Origin: a virus
DNA length: 64,000 nucleotides
Virus record (IMG/VR): IMGVR_UViG_3300020446_000006
Coordinates: 14,039-78,038 of that record
Reading direction: 5' to 3' (one strand)
The translations under genes and the position numbers were made by a program. The notes under the pieces are model-generated. The model made no database searches. It worked only from the letters and a program-made list of their open reading frames with translations, and was not told the origin of the DNA. Shown piece after piece: positions 1 to 9,700 of this stretch; the stretch's first letter is position 1; each line of letters opens with the position of its first letter.

Positions 1-725
1 GTAGTAGGATCTGGAGTTACAATCAATCTTTCTGCTTTAATATCAGAATCACCACCTGCTCCAGTATCCATAAAGAAAAGATCAGCAACAGACTTACGAA
101 TGATATCGCTGTTTGCGATCGGACCGTAGAAGCTGACTTTCATTTCGAAAGAAAGAGTATATATAATCGTTCTTCTTGCTTCTTGTTGTCCTTCAAAATC
201 GTCGCTGAATGTTAAACCTTGTATAATAATCGGAATGTCTTCTTTAAAATCCGGATAATCGTCAGGAAAAGGTTTAATCGTTAATGTGTATTGCGGATTA
301 AAAGTCGGTATAATTTGCTCTACAATCTGCAATGCGTCGTCTTGACTCTTAGCATATACGTTTAAATCAAAATTAATATTATATGGTACAGGCGAATAAA
401 ACTTTGTTCTTTGTGCAGTCGTTTGTCCTAATGTTTTAAAGGTTGAAACTTTTGTAAGTTGCCGTGTATTGTCATACGTAAACGAAGTAATTTCAAATGA
501 CATTCTCGGTAATTTAATTGCTGTCTTTGTATCAGTATCTAAGTCAGGCTGTTGTCTGATTCTTTCAAGGTACTTCATTCTCGGTGCATAAGCTAGCGGC
601 ACTTTTAGTTGGTTTAGTACACCGCCTGCAGAGTTCTTACGAACAACATAAATGTTGTTAAAGAGTCTGCCAAATATTGAAACAGACTTTCGAATCTTCT
701 CATGATAAAAATGTGTACCAAACAT
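1..725 (-). CDS. gp15: Tail terminator / sheath stabiliser gp15 (runs off the window start)
   Basis: Not in the ORF track. Read manually from ATG at 725 (TAATG overlap with gp14): MFGTHFYHEKIRKSVSIFGRLFNNIYV...KVPLAYAPRMKY...KLPRMSFEI...PVPYNINFDL...DDALQIVEQIIPTFNP. These are typical gp15 motifs, and it follows gp13-gp14. Confidence 0.92.
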   Translation of the reverse strand, partial: MFGTHFYHEKIRKSVSIFGRLFNNIYVVRKNSAGGVLNQLKVPLAYAPRMKYLERIRQQPDLDTDTKTAIKLPRMSFEITSFTYDNTRQLTKVSTFKTLGQTTAQRTKFYSPVPYNINFDLNVYAKSQDDALQIVEQIIPTFNPQYTLTIKPFPDDYPDFKEDIPIIIQGLTFSDDFEGQQEARRTIIYTLSFEMKVSFYGPIANSDIIRKSVADLFFMDTGAGGDSDIKAERLIVTPDPT

Positions 726-1921
726 TAGTTATTCTCCGGATCACCGAATGGATTATCTTCACTAAAGTCAAGGAAGTCATCGACGGTAGTTGCTGAGAAT
801 ATCTCATTCTGTTCGGTTTCTGATATCTTATTCAATTCTACAACGCTCTTTATTTCAAGACCAGTAATACTGTTATTAGTACTATTTATTAGTACACCAT
901 CGGCCGCGGCAAACGGAGGTAATGCTGAATCTTGTATGAATGTATGATACAATCCGTCATCAGCACCGACATGTGCAAGATAGATATGTCTAGATGAATC
1001 ACCAGAAGAATCGAGTAGGATTCTTTGTATTTCACCAGACATCTTCACACCACTTGAGAATGTCTGTGTTACTGTATCGCCGACTGCAAAATCACTATCG
1101 ACAGCAGATCCACCGATAAAGTTAATCGTAGGTGGTACACTATAACCATCTCCAGAGTCTGTAATCGTAATTGTACCGATTGCACCAAATGAATCAACTG
1201 TTGCCGTTGCTGCCGCGCTATCTCCAAGTACGATTGTATCACTGCTATCTGCAATAATTTGCAGAGTTGGCGGTGTTGTGTAATATCTGCCACCTTGTAT
1301 TAGTGTAATTGCGCCAACATGATCACTGTCTAGAGTAATCGTAGCTGTAGCTTTCTTCGGCGCTTTTACTTCAATTACATATTGATATGTGCCAGACTGT
1401 TCGATATCTTGAATTGCAGCAATACTTGTATCGAAATCTTCTCCACTGTATTCGAAAAGGTTACAGCGAAGTTTAAAAACCGGAAGATTTTCAATCTGAT
1501 AGAATGGTTGTTCATGTTCTACATGGCCTATTTCAAACATTTTGTTTGTCAATGGTATGTAGATCAAGTCACCTTCAACAGGTCTGTCTGCCACAATATC
1601 GTTATCAGGTCTACTAACCTGTGCTGCAAACCGAGAACGTGCAACTACGAGAGTTACTTCATCTCGTATCTCAACACCGAACCTTGTAAATAAATCTCCT
1701 TCACCGTCAAAGCCTTCGACATTCTCAATGTACATTTCAATTTTATGAGATGTCGGAAAGCGAGATGTTGGATCTTCTCCAAGAAGAACATCTTCGCTTA
1801 CAAGATCTCTTGGTAAATAATAAACGTCTTGACCATATATCTTGAGAGCCTCAATTACGAGGTTCTCATACATGTCCATTTCTGATCTGACTTTTTCTGA
1901 GAAGTAAAAGTTACGAGCCAT
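725..1921 (-). CDS. gp14: Neck protein gp14 with large internal insertion
   Basis: LVIEALKIYGQDVYYLPR, GDLFTRFGVEIRDE, EGDLIYIP, FEIGHVEHEQPFYQ and C-terminal DFSEDNPFG. Confidence 0.92.
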   Translation of the reverse strand: MARNFYFSEKVRSEMDMYENLVIEALKIYGQDVYYLPRDLVSEDVLLGEDPTSRFPTSHKIEMYIENVEGFDGEGDLFTRFGVEIRDEVTLVVARSRFAAQVSRPDNDIVADRPVEGDLIYIPLTNKMFEIGHVEHEQPFYQIENLPVFKLRCNLFEYSGEDFDTSIAAIQDIEQSGTYQYVIEVKAPKKATATITLDSDHVGAITLIQGGRYYTTPPTLQIIADSSDTIVLGDSAAATATVDSFGAIGTITITDSGDGYSVPPTINFIGGSAVDSDFAVGDTVTQTFSSGVKMSGEIQRILLDSSGDSSRHIYLAHVGADDGLYHTFIQDSALPPFAAADGVLINSTNNSITGLEIKSVVELNKISETEQNEIFSATTVDDFLDFSEDNPFGDPENN

Positions 1922-1925
1922 AATA

Positions 1926-2681
1926 TTATCCTATAAAGAAATCAGCTGGCATTTCAAACTCTAGTCTAATTCTTTCTCGCAACCTTTCTATTTCTGCTGT
2001 TGCATCGTCATAGATTTGACGACCGTTAAATGTGACACCACCCGGCAACTGTACACCTTCAAACTTAATTAAGTTCATTCCCCATTGTTGTTTAATTAAT
2101 GCTACAGAATATTCTTTCAGCCACATATCATTATAAATGGATGTATGAGTATCTGGATCTATAAGTGTATAGACTTCTGCAACAACAAATTCACCGACTT
2201 TAAGATCTTCATCTGCAAAATCCCCAAAGATGTGAAGTCTGTCCTGATGCCGTGACCACTGCACTTGAGCAGTACCGTTAAGCTTCATGTCTAGCAATGA
2301 TAGATATTGTTGCATTTGTTCATAATAAGCAAGATCGCCTGCAAAATTCTGAAGATCAGCAATATCATTTAACATCATCTGATATTTAATGTCGAAGAAG
2401 TTAAAAGATGAATTAAACGAAGATGCGATCGGAAATAGGCGTGATACTGTGAGCACATTACTTGGAATTGGTATGTACTCATTATTAATATCTGTCTGAG
2501 TAATCTGGTGTTTCAGATATGTTCGAACTGTGGCATCAGAGTGAAACTCTTGCCAATACTGAATTGCCTCATCGATACGATCTTCAATCTGATCCTCGTC
2601 AACATTAATTTCGAGAACCGGATCTCCGAGCCGACGTAGACAATAATCAATCAGTTCTTGTCTGGTTGCTGGGTTCGCCAT
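1926..2681 (-). CDS. gp13: Neck protein gp13
   Basis: YCLRRLGDPVLEINVDEDQIEDRIDEA, WLKEY..ALIKQQWGMNLIKF.GVQLPGGVTFNG. Confidence 0.95.
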   Translation of the reverse strand: MANPATRQELIDYCLRRLGDPVLEINVDEDQIEDRIDEAIQYWQEFHSDATVRTYLKHQITQTDINNEYIPIPSNVLTVSRLFPIASSFNSSFNFFDIKYQMMLNDIADLQNFAGDLAYYEQMQQYLSLLDMKLNGTAQVQWSRHQDRLHIFGDFADEDLKVGEFVVAEVYTLIDPDTHTSIYNDMWLKEYSVALIKQQWGMNLIKFEGVQLPGGVTFNGRQIYDDATAEIERLRERIRLEFEMPADFFIG

Positions 2682-2715
2682 AAAATAGTCTCCGACATGT
2701 AAAAAATCTTTTGAC

Positions 2716-2723
2716 TATTTATA
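2716..2723 (-). promoter_or_regulatory. T4-type late promoter TATAAATA (gp13-14-15)
   Basis: Exact TATAAATA on the minus strand in the short intergenic gap upstream of gp13. Confidence 0.85.
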
Positions 2724-2727
2724 TGTT

Positions 2728-4851
2728 TTAGGATCCTGAGTCGAACCAATTAAATCCATCATTCCCGGTTTGCATGTAGTTATGAAGATTTGCTGCCGCA
2801 ACAATTACGTTATTGTCCATGATAAGTGCGCCATTAAAAGATCCATTAGAACCTTCGGTACCAACGACGCCAGCAGCCGCCAATCCATTATTTACCACAT
2901 CACCATGAATTATATTAGTTAATGAATATTTAGCACTGTCTAAGTTGTAAATATAAATCTGTCCCGCGCTGGCGCGTATCTCGGTACCGTCAGCAGATTC
3001 GGCTGCTGCGTAAGGAGCACCTACAATAATTGTATTTCCATCTGCAGACACGTCAAGAGAAGCACCATAGTATCTGTTTTCAACGCCCGTGCTATTCCCA
3101 GCAGAGTCTGGATATAACTCTTGAAATAGACTATATGCATCTGATCCAGTTGCTCCATCACTATCTCTTTTCCATATCTGAACTCCACCGCAGTATACGT
3201 TATTACCAGGATTTTGGTTGTTATCTGCGTTTACTGCAAACACATTTGAGTTTGATCCTGGCGGATACATGCCTGTAGTCGGTCTTAAATGCGGCAATGA
3301 CCATGCAATAATTTCGGCATCGCTGTCCATTGAAACGGTTTGTGAGTGCGTAAGACCATTGCTATTTCCAGACATAAATTTACTGGCATTAGACCCTGAA
3401 TTTACAGGCCAAAGCTTTTGTTGATATTGCCACATCGAAGATCCCGAAGCAGCAATTCTTTTGTAGACATAACAGGCTCCGGTTTTTAAAGCCGTTCGAG
3501 GAACGGCTGATCCATACGTATTAGCTGTTGCTGCCATCCAATTTCCGTCTGCAGATATTGATAGACTAGCACCAAATTTTCCATTTGCTACAACATCTGG
3601 ACATTCAATAACTTGTTGAACAACTGGGTTCCATCCAGTTCCAGTTCCAGTTCTATTAAAACAAATTAAAGCTCCCGCCTGAGCTTGATTATTTGCATAC
3701 CAATAAGTATCACCTAAAGCCCAGTAATTACCTCCTGCATCAGTATCCATTTCTCCGACTTGATCCATATCATTATTTACACATGAGGATGGAAGAGATC
3801 CAAAGACAGATGTAACGGCGTCGTTTAATTGATAATTCGTAGCGGTACTAAATGAGGTACGATTTGGATATGCTCCTTGTATTTGTCCAATTCGTAGAGT
3901 ATGACTAGGCCTATTATCAGTGGTGATTGCAAAATAATCTCCGCCTACAGCCACTGCAGCACCACATTGCCAGCCTCCGTTACCTATAGACGGTCTATGC
4001 CATTGACTGTTCCAACTTCTAGAATTATCTTCCCAAGTTATTAGTTCAACGTTTCCATAATTAGTATAGCCTGATGCGCTTTGTGAAAATGGAGCGCCTG
4101 CAATAAATTCAATATGGCCTGGAGCTTTATTCTTTTTCAATCTATGAAATGACTGTTTGTTAGTGCCTGAACTCGCAGGTGTACCATGTAATTTATAATT
4201 GAATGTAGGACTATTCCATTGTGGTGCAAAAGAACCATCGGCATTTTGACCTGCTGTACCAAAGTTAAGATTGAGATCTCGAGCTATTGATGAAATTGCA
4301 ACTCCGTCATTAACATTAAACGTCAAGGTTGCATTCGTAGTAGTAGCCGATCCTTGTGCTTTAGGTGTTACAACAAATCGTGCAGAATCATTTGCTTGTG
4401 TTAAAGCACCAGTCGCTAGTCCACTGAAATTACCATCTGAATCGACGGTAAATGTAAGTGGATTTGTACTGTCATTTCCTGTTATAATAAATGTTGTAGT
4501 AGTAGCTCCATCTTTTGCAAGATTTACAGTTCCTTGTGGAGTTACCGCAATTGTAGGATCTTGATTTGTTAATTCATTCTTAAACCAATTTATTCCATTC
4601 GAGAAGTAAAATCGATTCTGATTTTGAGCATAGTAAATTTGTCCTTCATTATCACCTGCATTAGGAAGAACATTTGCCGCAGATATGACTTCAACACCAG
4701 GAGCTGATCGATTTGCTATATAACCTGAATCAATCAGAGCAATAATATTATCTGAATCCGTACCTTCACCTAAAGCCAACAGCCTTAAGTTTGTAGGATT
4801 TTCTGCCTCTGTGGCACCCAGAAATCTTGCAATATCTCTACTTCTTGACAT
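2728..4851 (-). CDS. Virion structural / receptor-binding protein with FG-GAP-like beta-propeller repeats
   Basis: MSRSRDIA N-terminus common in T4-like fibre proteins; repeats FGASLSISADG and YYGASLDVSADGNTIIVGAP; N-terminal module shared with 4878..6779. Confidence 0.65.
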   Translation of the reverse strand: MSRSRDIARFLGATEAENPTNLRLLALGEGTDSDNIIALIDSGYIANRSAPGVEVISAANVLPNAGDNEGQIYYAQNQNRFYFSNGINWFKNELTNQDPTIAVTPQGTVNLAKDGATTTTFIITGNDSTNPLTFTVDSDGNFSGLATGALTQANDSARFVVTPKAQGSATTTNATLTFNVNDGVAISSIARDLNLNFGTAGQNADGSFAPQWNSPTFNYKLHGTPASSGTNKQSFHRLKKNKAPGHIEFIAGAPFSQSASGYTNYGNVELITWEDNSRSWNSQWHRPSIGNGGWQCGAAVAVGGDYFAITTDNRPSHTLRIGQIQGAYPNRTSFSTATNYQLNDAVTSVFGSLPSSCVNNDMDQVGEMDTDAGGNYWALGDTYWYANNQAQAGALICFNRTGTGTGWNPVVQQVIECPDVVANGKFGASLSISADGNWMAATANTYGSAVPRTALKTGACYVYKRIAASGSSMWQYQQKLWPVNSGSNASKFMSGNSNGLTHSQTVSMDSDAEIIAWSLPHLRPTTGMYPPGSNSNVFAVNADNNQNPGNNVYCGGVQIWKRDSDGATGSDAYSLFQELYPDSAGNSTGVENRYYGASLDVSADGNTIIVGAPYAAAESADGTEIRASAGQIYIYNLDSAKYSLTNIIHGDVVNNGLAAAGVVGTEGSNGSFNGALIMDNNVIVAAANLHNYMQTGNDGFNWFDSGS

Positions 4852-4869
4852 CTTATATCCTTTTGACTT

Positions 4870-4877
4870 TATTTATA
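4870..4877 (-). promoter_or_regulatory. T4-type late promoter TATAAATA
   Basis: Exact motif in the intergenic gap upstream of 2728..4851. Confidence 0.85.
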
Positions 4878-6779
4878 TTACGCTGAGTCATACAATTTAT
4901 TTAGAACGCCGTTATAATACGGACTTGAAGCCACTCCAATATCTGTAATGAATTTAGCTTTACCTATGTATCCAATTGGTACATAACCATGTGCATACGA
5001 AGTATTCTGACTGCCTTCAACCCAGTTACGAGCTAAGAACGGTCCGCTCGAAGAATCTTGACTGTAGAACATTCCTACCCCACCGACGCCACTTCTTCCT
5101 GATGTTTTATAATTGGTATCACTAGGAGCTCCAATAAAAACTACATTGCCTTGACCGTTTATACAAACTGTAGTTCCAAAATACATACCTTCTGCCTTAT
5201 AGTCATAGTTCTGAGAGGATGGATCACCAATGCCCTCAAACTCAACCGGATGTAAAGTCTGAAAATGATTCCATGTTGTACCCGTTCTTTTATAAATCAG
5301 TGCAGCTCCTTGTATGTAATTAGAAGTTGAATATCTACTACGAGGAAAGCCACCGATTATGAGTGTGTTACCATCATCACTTATTCCGATATCGTGTCCC
5401 CACTGTACGGGGTTTGCATCAACGCCATTCGGTACTCGATTCCAGTTACTATTATGAGCAGCAACAGCTTGAGTAGTAAAGACATTATCCCAATCACTGA
5501 CTAGTGGTTGAATTGATGCCTGAATTTCAAACTCATCTGAACCTGCACTATCTCTTGTATATACATGAACTTTACCGTATGTTGACGCTGAAAAAGGTGA
5601 AGGACCTTCTGCATTCCTTTCACCAACAGCTAGAGTTAATCCGTCTTCTGTCATTGCCAATGCATTTCCAAATTGATTATTTGATCCTGATTGAGGAGAT
5701 GGAAATTGTTGGACTTCTGTCCATGTATCTGCTCCATCGTCTCTACGATAAAAAGATACTACTCCAGATACACCACCATTTTGGCCGTCCTGTGCCTGAC
5801 CCAGAATGACAATATCTCCAGAGGAATCACATGCAAGTGGAGCTCCATATGAGTACGAGAAATTACCGCTGGAATTTGCTGGTGTAGAAAATGCACTGCT
5901 AGCCAGACCTGTCAATGACGATCCATTAATTTTCCAAGCATATGGTTTATTGTAAGTTGTGGCAGATGTAGCTGTATAATTGGCAAAAATATAATTACGG
6001 CTACATGCCATAGCACCGTAAGCTGTTCCATAGTATTGATCTGTTCTGCCAGAAACGTCGTTGATGCTATGATAACTTCGGTATGTCCAAATACCATTAA
6101 CGAGCTGATACCAGCCGAAGGCTCCATATTGTTGTGGATTATAACTATTACCGATCATCATCACGCCAGCAGATCTACACACTGCATAATTTGTACCACA
6201 CTGATTGGTATGACCTCCTGCACCTAAGTCGGTTTCTTGTATTGTTTCATAAGTTGGTCCACCAGTACCAAAAAGAAGTCTTAGTGTTCTTTGCGAAGAT
6301 GCAATCGACTGTCCATCAGAAACTCTAAAAGTCAACTGAGAAAAGTTAGTAGTGGCAGCTGCTTGACTTTTAGGAGTGATTGTAAAGACAGAGGAATCTT
6401 GTGACACTGTACCAAGACCACCGAAATTACCGTCGGATTCTACAGAGAAAGTTAATGTAGCGCCTGAATCTGCGTCAGTCGCTGTGAGTCTGACAGTTGT
6501 CGATGTAGTATCAGTTGCAAGAATAATAATACCTTCAGGAGAAACTGAAAGAGTAGGATCTTGATTTACGACTGCCATCGGAAACCATGCATCTCCGATT
6601 GACACATAAACTTTATTTGCGTCATCTACATAAGCAAGACTACCTTCAGCTCCAGAAGAAGGAGGTAAAGAAGCTAAAGTGTTGTAAACGGTGATTCCAG
6701 CACCTCCGCCTCCACCACCGCCCGTAGCAGCATCGACTGCTGAATCAACTAAACCTCGTATTGATGTAAGTGTTGCCAT
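4878..6779 (-). CDS. Virion structural / receptor-binding protein with FG-GAP-like repeats (paralogue of 2728..4851)
   Basis: FGNALAMTEDGLTLAVG, WGHDIGISDDGNTLIIG, FGTTVCINGQGNVVFIGAP; shared NQDPT...SDGNF...LTF.V.DG module. Confidence 0.65.
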   Translation of the reverse strand: MATLTSIRGLVDSAVDAATGGGGGGGAGITVYNTLASLPPSSGAEGSLAYVDDANKVYVSIGDAWFPMAVVNQDPTLSVSPEGIIILATDTTSTTVRLTATDADSGATLTFSVESDGNFGGLGTVSQDSSVFTITPKSQAAATTNFSQLTFRVSDGQSIASSQRTLRLLFGTGGPTYETIQETDLGAGGHTNQCGTNYAVCRSAGVMMIGNSYNPQQYGAFGWYQLVNGIWTYRSYHSINDVSGRTDQYYGTAYGAMACSRNYIFANYTATSATTYNKPYAWKINGSSLTGLASSAFSTPANSSGNFSYSYGAPLACDSSGDIVILGQAQDGQNGGVSGVVSFYRRDDGADTWTEVQQFPSPQSGSNNQFGNALAMTEDGLTLAVGERNAEGPSPFSASTYGKVHVYTRDSAGSDEFEIQASIQPLVSDWDNVFTTQAVAAHNSNWNRVPNGVDANPVQWGHDIGISDDGNTLIIGGFPRSRYSTSNYIQGAALIYKRTGTTWNHFQTLHPVEFEGIGDPSSQNYDYKAEGMYFGTTVCINGQGNVVFIGAPSDTNYKTSGRSGVGGVGMFYSQDSSSGPFLARNWVEGSQNTSYAHGYVPIGYIGKAKFITDIGVASSPYYNGVLNKLYDSA

Positions 6780-6780
6780 A

Positions 6781-9700
6781 TTAGTTCTCTGTTAATATCC
6801 AACCGTTCGAGTCATTGTAATATACAAGACCGATCGCGGCTCGGTTAATGTTAATAATTAGATCACTATCACTGCCTAAAATCTTTTGTGTACTCTGAAT
6901 AGTGATATTGTTTGTAGCAGCATTGCCATATCCATCGATAATTCTTACTTCATCACCCAATGTTGCGCCAGCTTGTAGAGTTATGACTTTACCTGACGTT
7001 TTAGTATTTACTATCTTGCGATCACCTGGCACGGCGATAAACGATGATGCAGCTTCAGTCCATGTTAATCTTTTGTTGATAGCTGAATCTGCAATAGAAT
7101 CTGCGAGCGGAGTAACCACAGATATAATTTGACTTGAATCAAGACCTGCTGTGATTGTAATTGTCTTTGTACCAGAACCATTGCCGGTTGCTACGACACC
7201 GCTTCCTACAAAATCAAGAGTAGTAGCTGAAACTGTAAGAGGCGTACCTTCATTTGAAATTGTAAATCCTGCGGCTGCTCCAAGTCGAGCAGCAACATAT
7301 GCCGAATCAACAAGAGTAAACATATCATTTGAATCAAGTCCAGGTAGTGGAGAATTACCTAAAAATCTTTCAACAAGTAAAACATCACCACTATCTGCCG
7401 CTTCTGTAAGAGTTACAGAACTACTGTTTGTTGCTGTAAAATCGGATGAGCTTAGTAATAAACCGTTTAAGTAAACTGCAATTTTTCCAGGATTATATTC
7501 TAGATTTGATCCATTATTATCTGTGCCAGAAAATGCAGTTTGACCAGGAGATGCTGTAAATTCGAATTGAGTTCTTGTTATTGGCTGTTGTATTCCAGCA
7601 TCAAATACAATATCTCCAAAGGCAATGAACTGTACATCGTCTCCTGCCGCTGCAGCTTCATTTAGTGTAAATGACGAACCGTTTGATGCTGTAAAATCTG
7701 TAGGAGCAAGAAGAATACCATTAACGTATACTAATTTAGAGCCTGTGTTTGAATATACAACCTCTTTACCAGTATCATCTAATCCTACAAAATTTGTTTG
7801 ACCAGAATCCGCGGTAAAGTAATAAGCATTTGCTCTATCATTTGCTGCAGTAAAGACAGAAACAATATAAACATCCGAACTAATAGATGTTGGCGTAATT
7901 GTAATTGAATTACCATTTGCTGTAGTATAATCAGTTGAGCTAAGCAGTACACCGTTTTTATGGACTTGTACTTGATTATTACCAAATGACATGCCTTGAC
8001 CGGTCAGTACTGCTGATCCCGTATATCCTGTGAACTTATATTCACGGTAATTCATTCCAGCAATATTGTTTGATACAACATTTACAATTGAAAGAAAGTC
8101 GTCAGAATCTGCAGCAAGATTAAGAGTGATTGAAGTGTTTGTTGCAACATAGTCATTTTGCTCTGAAAGTAAAATACCATTCAAGTAAACTTCAGAAATG
8201 CCGGTTGCAAGATTTAGATTCGTACCATGATCATCTGCACCTGTGAATAAAGTTTGTCCAGAGTCTGCAGTAAATTCATATGCATTTGAGAAAAGAGTTG
8301 ATCTTCCGACTCTACCAGTTGTTTCAATAACTGTTAAAGAATATCCACTATCAGCTGCTTCTGCGAGAGTAATAGAACTATCGGTAGCGGTAAAGTCTGT
8401 AGTGTCTTCGAGTAGGATACCGTTTAGATAGACTTCAATATGATCAGTTGATACTGATAGAACGTTACCAAATTTATCACTGTCAGTAAATAAGGTCTGA
8501 CCTGAATCAGCTTCATATATAAATTTTGTGACAGAAAGAACACCTCTTGTAAGATCTTCTATTTTAGTGGCGATATAACTCGAATCAATCGTTTGATTAA
8601 TAATTGTTATTGTAGCTGAAGAGTCAACACCAGATGCAGGAGTAACTGCATTATGGTCAAAAATCTGTAATATATCGTTTGAATCTGCACCGGTTGCTAA
8701 TGTAAGTGTGCTGCTATCTGTTTCAGTATAGTCATCAGTTTCTACAAGAAGAATACCGTTTAAGAAGACCTGTAAATTTGCAAGATGTTTTTCATATGAT
8801 AATACAGAACCATTATCGTCTGAATCAGTAAAGACTGTTTGACCTGCCGTTGCAGTATACTTGAATCCATCAAGTGCATTAGCTGCATCTCCGCCGCTAC
8901 TTCCACCAGATCCACTGGCGTTAATTGTAATTGTTTTTGTCGTACCTGTTCCACTAGCTGAAACGCCTGATCCAACAAAGTTTAAAGTAGTAGCGGCAGT
9001 AGATAAAGAAGATCCTTCATCTTGAACTATAATAGTTGATCCGCCTCCACCTCCGCCTGAATTTGCTTCACGCAGTGCAACATAGTCAGAATCAACTGTT
9101 GCTGTGATAAGAGCTATAGTTGCGGCTGAATCGACGCCACCGCCTCCACCTGAGATATCACTAAGTAATGCTAATGTACCACTATTGTTTGGTAGATTAA
9201 TAGTTCTGTCTGCAGTTGGATTAATTGCTTGTAGTTTTACTTCATATGCATTTGACGAATCACCTTCAAACGAAATACTAGTAATGCTGTTAATATTCTG
9301 ATCAAGTTCTAATGTGACATTGTTTGCCGCGATACCAGCATTGATTTGACCGGTAGTTCCTAAGAACGTTAGCGTTTCTGTTGCGGTGTTAAATGTATGT
9401 GTTCCAGTATTAGCGGCAAGACCGAAGGTGCCTCCACCTGATGGAGCTCTTGCTGCAACATATGCACTGTCAACTACACTTTCAACACGAGCATTTGTAT
9501 AATATAGGTTCGAGCCTTCGCTAAGATTAGATGTTGTAAACCCTGTTAAATTACGAGTTTGCACAAAGATTGCATTACCCATCAATCCGTGGTTTTGACA
9601 CTGATAATGCAAGACAGACGGTGTATCGTCTGTAATTTCAATTTCTACATACGAGCCAGACTGACCAGCAGATATACCACTTGTAGTTACGTTTGTCGTA

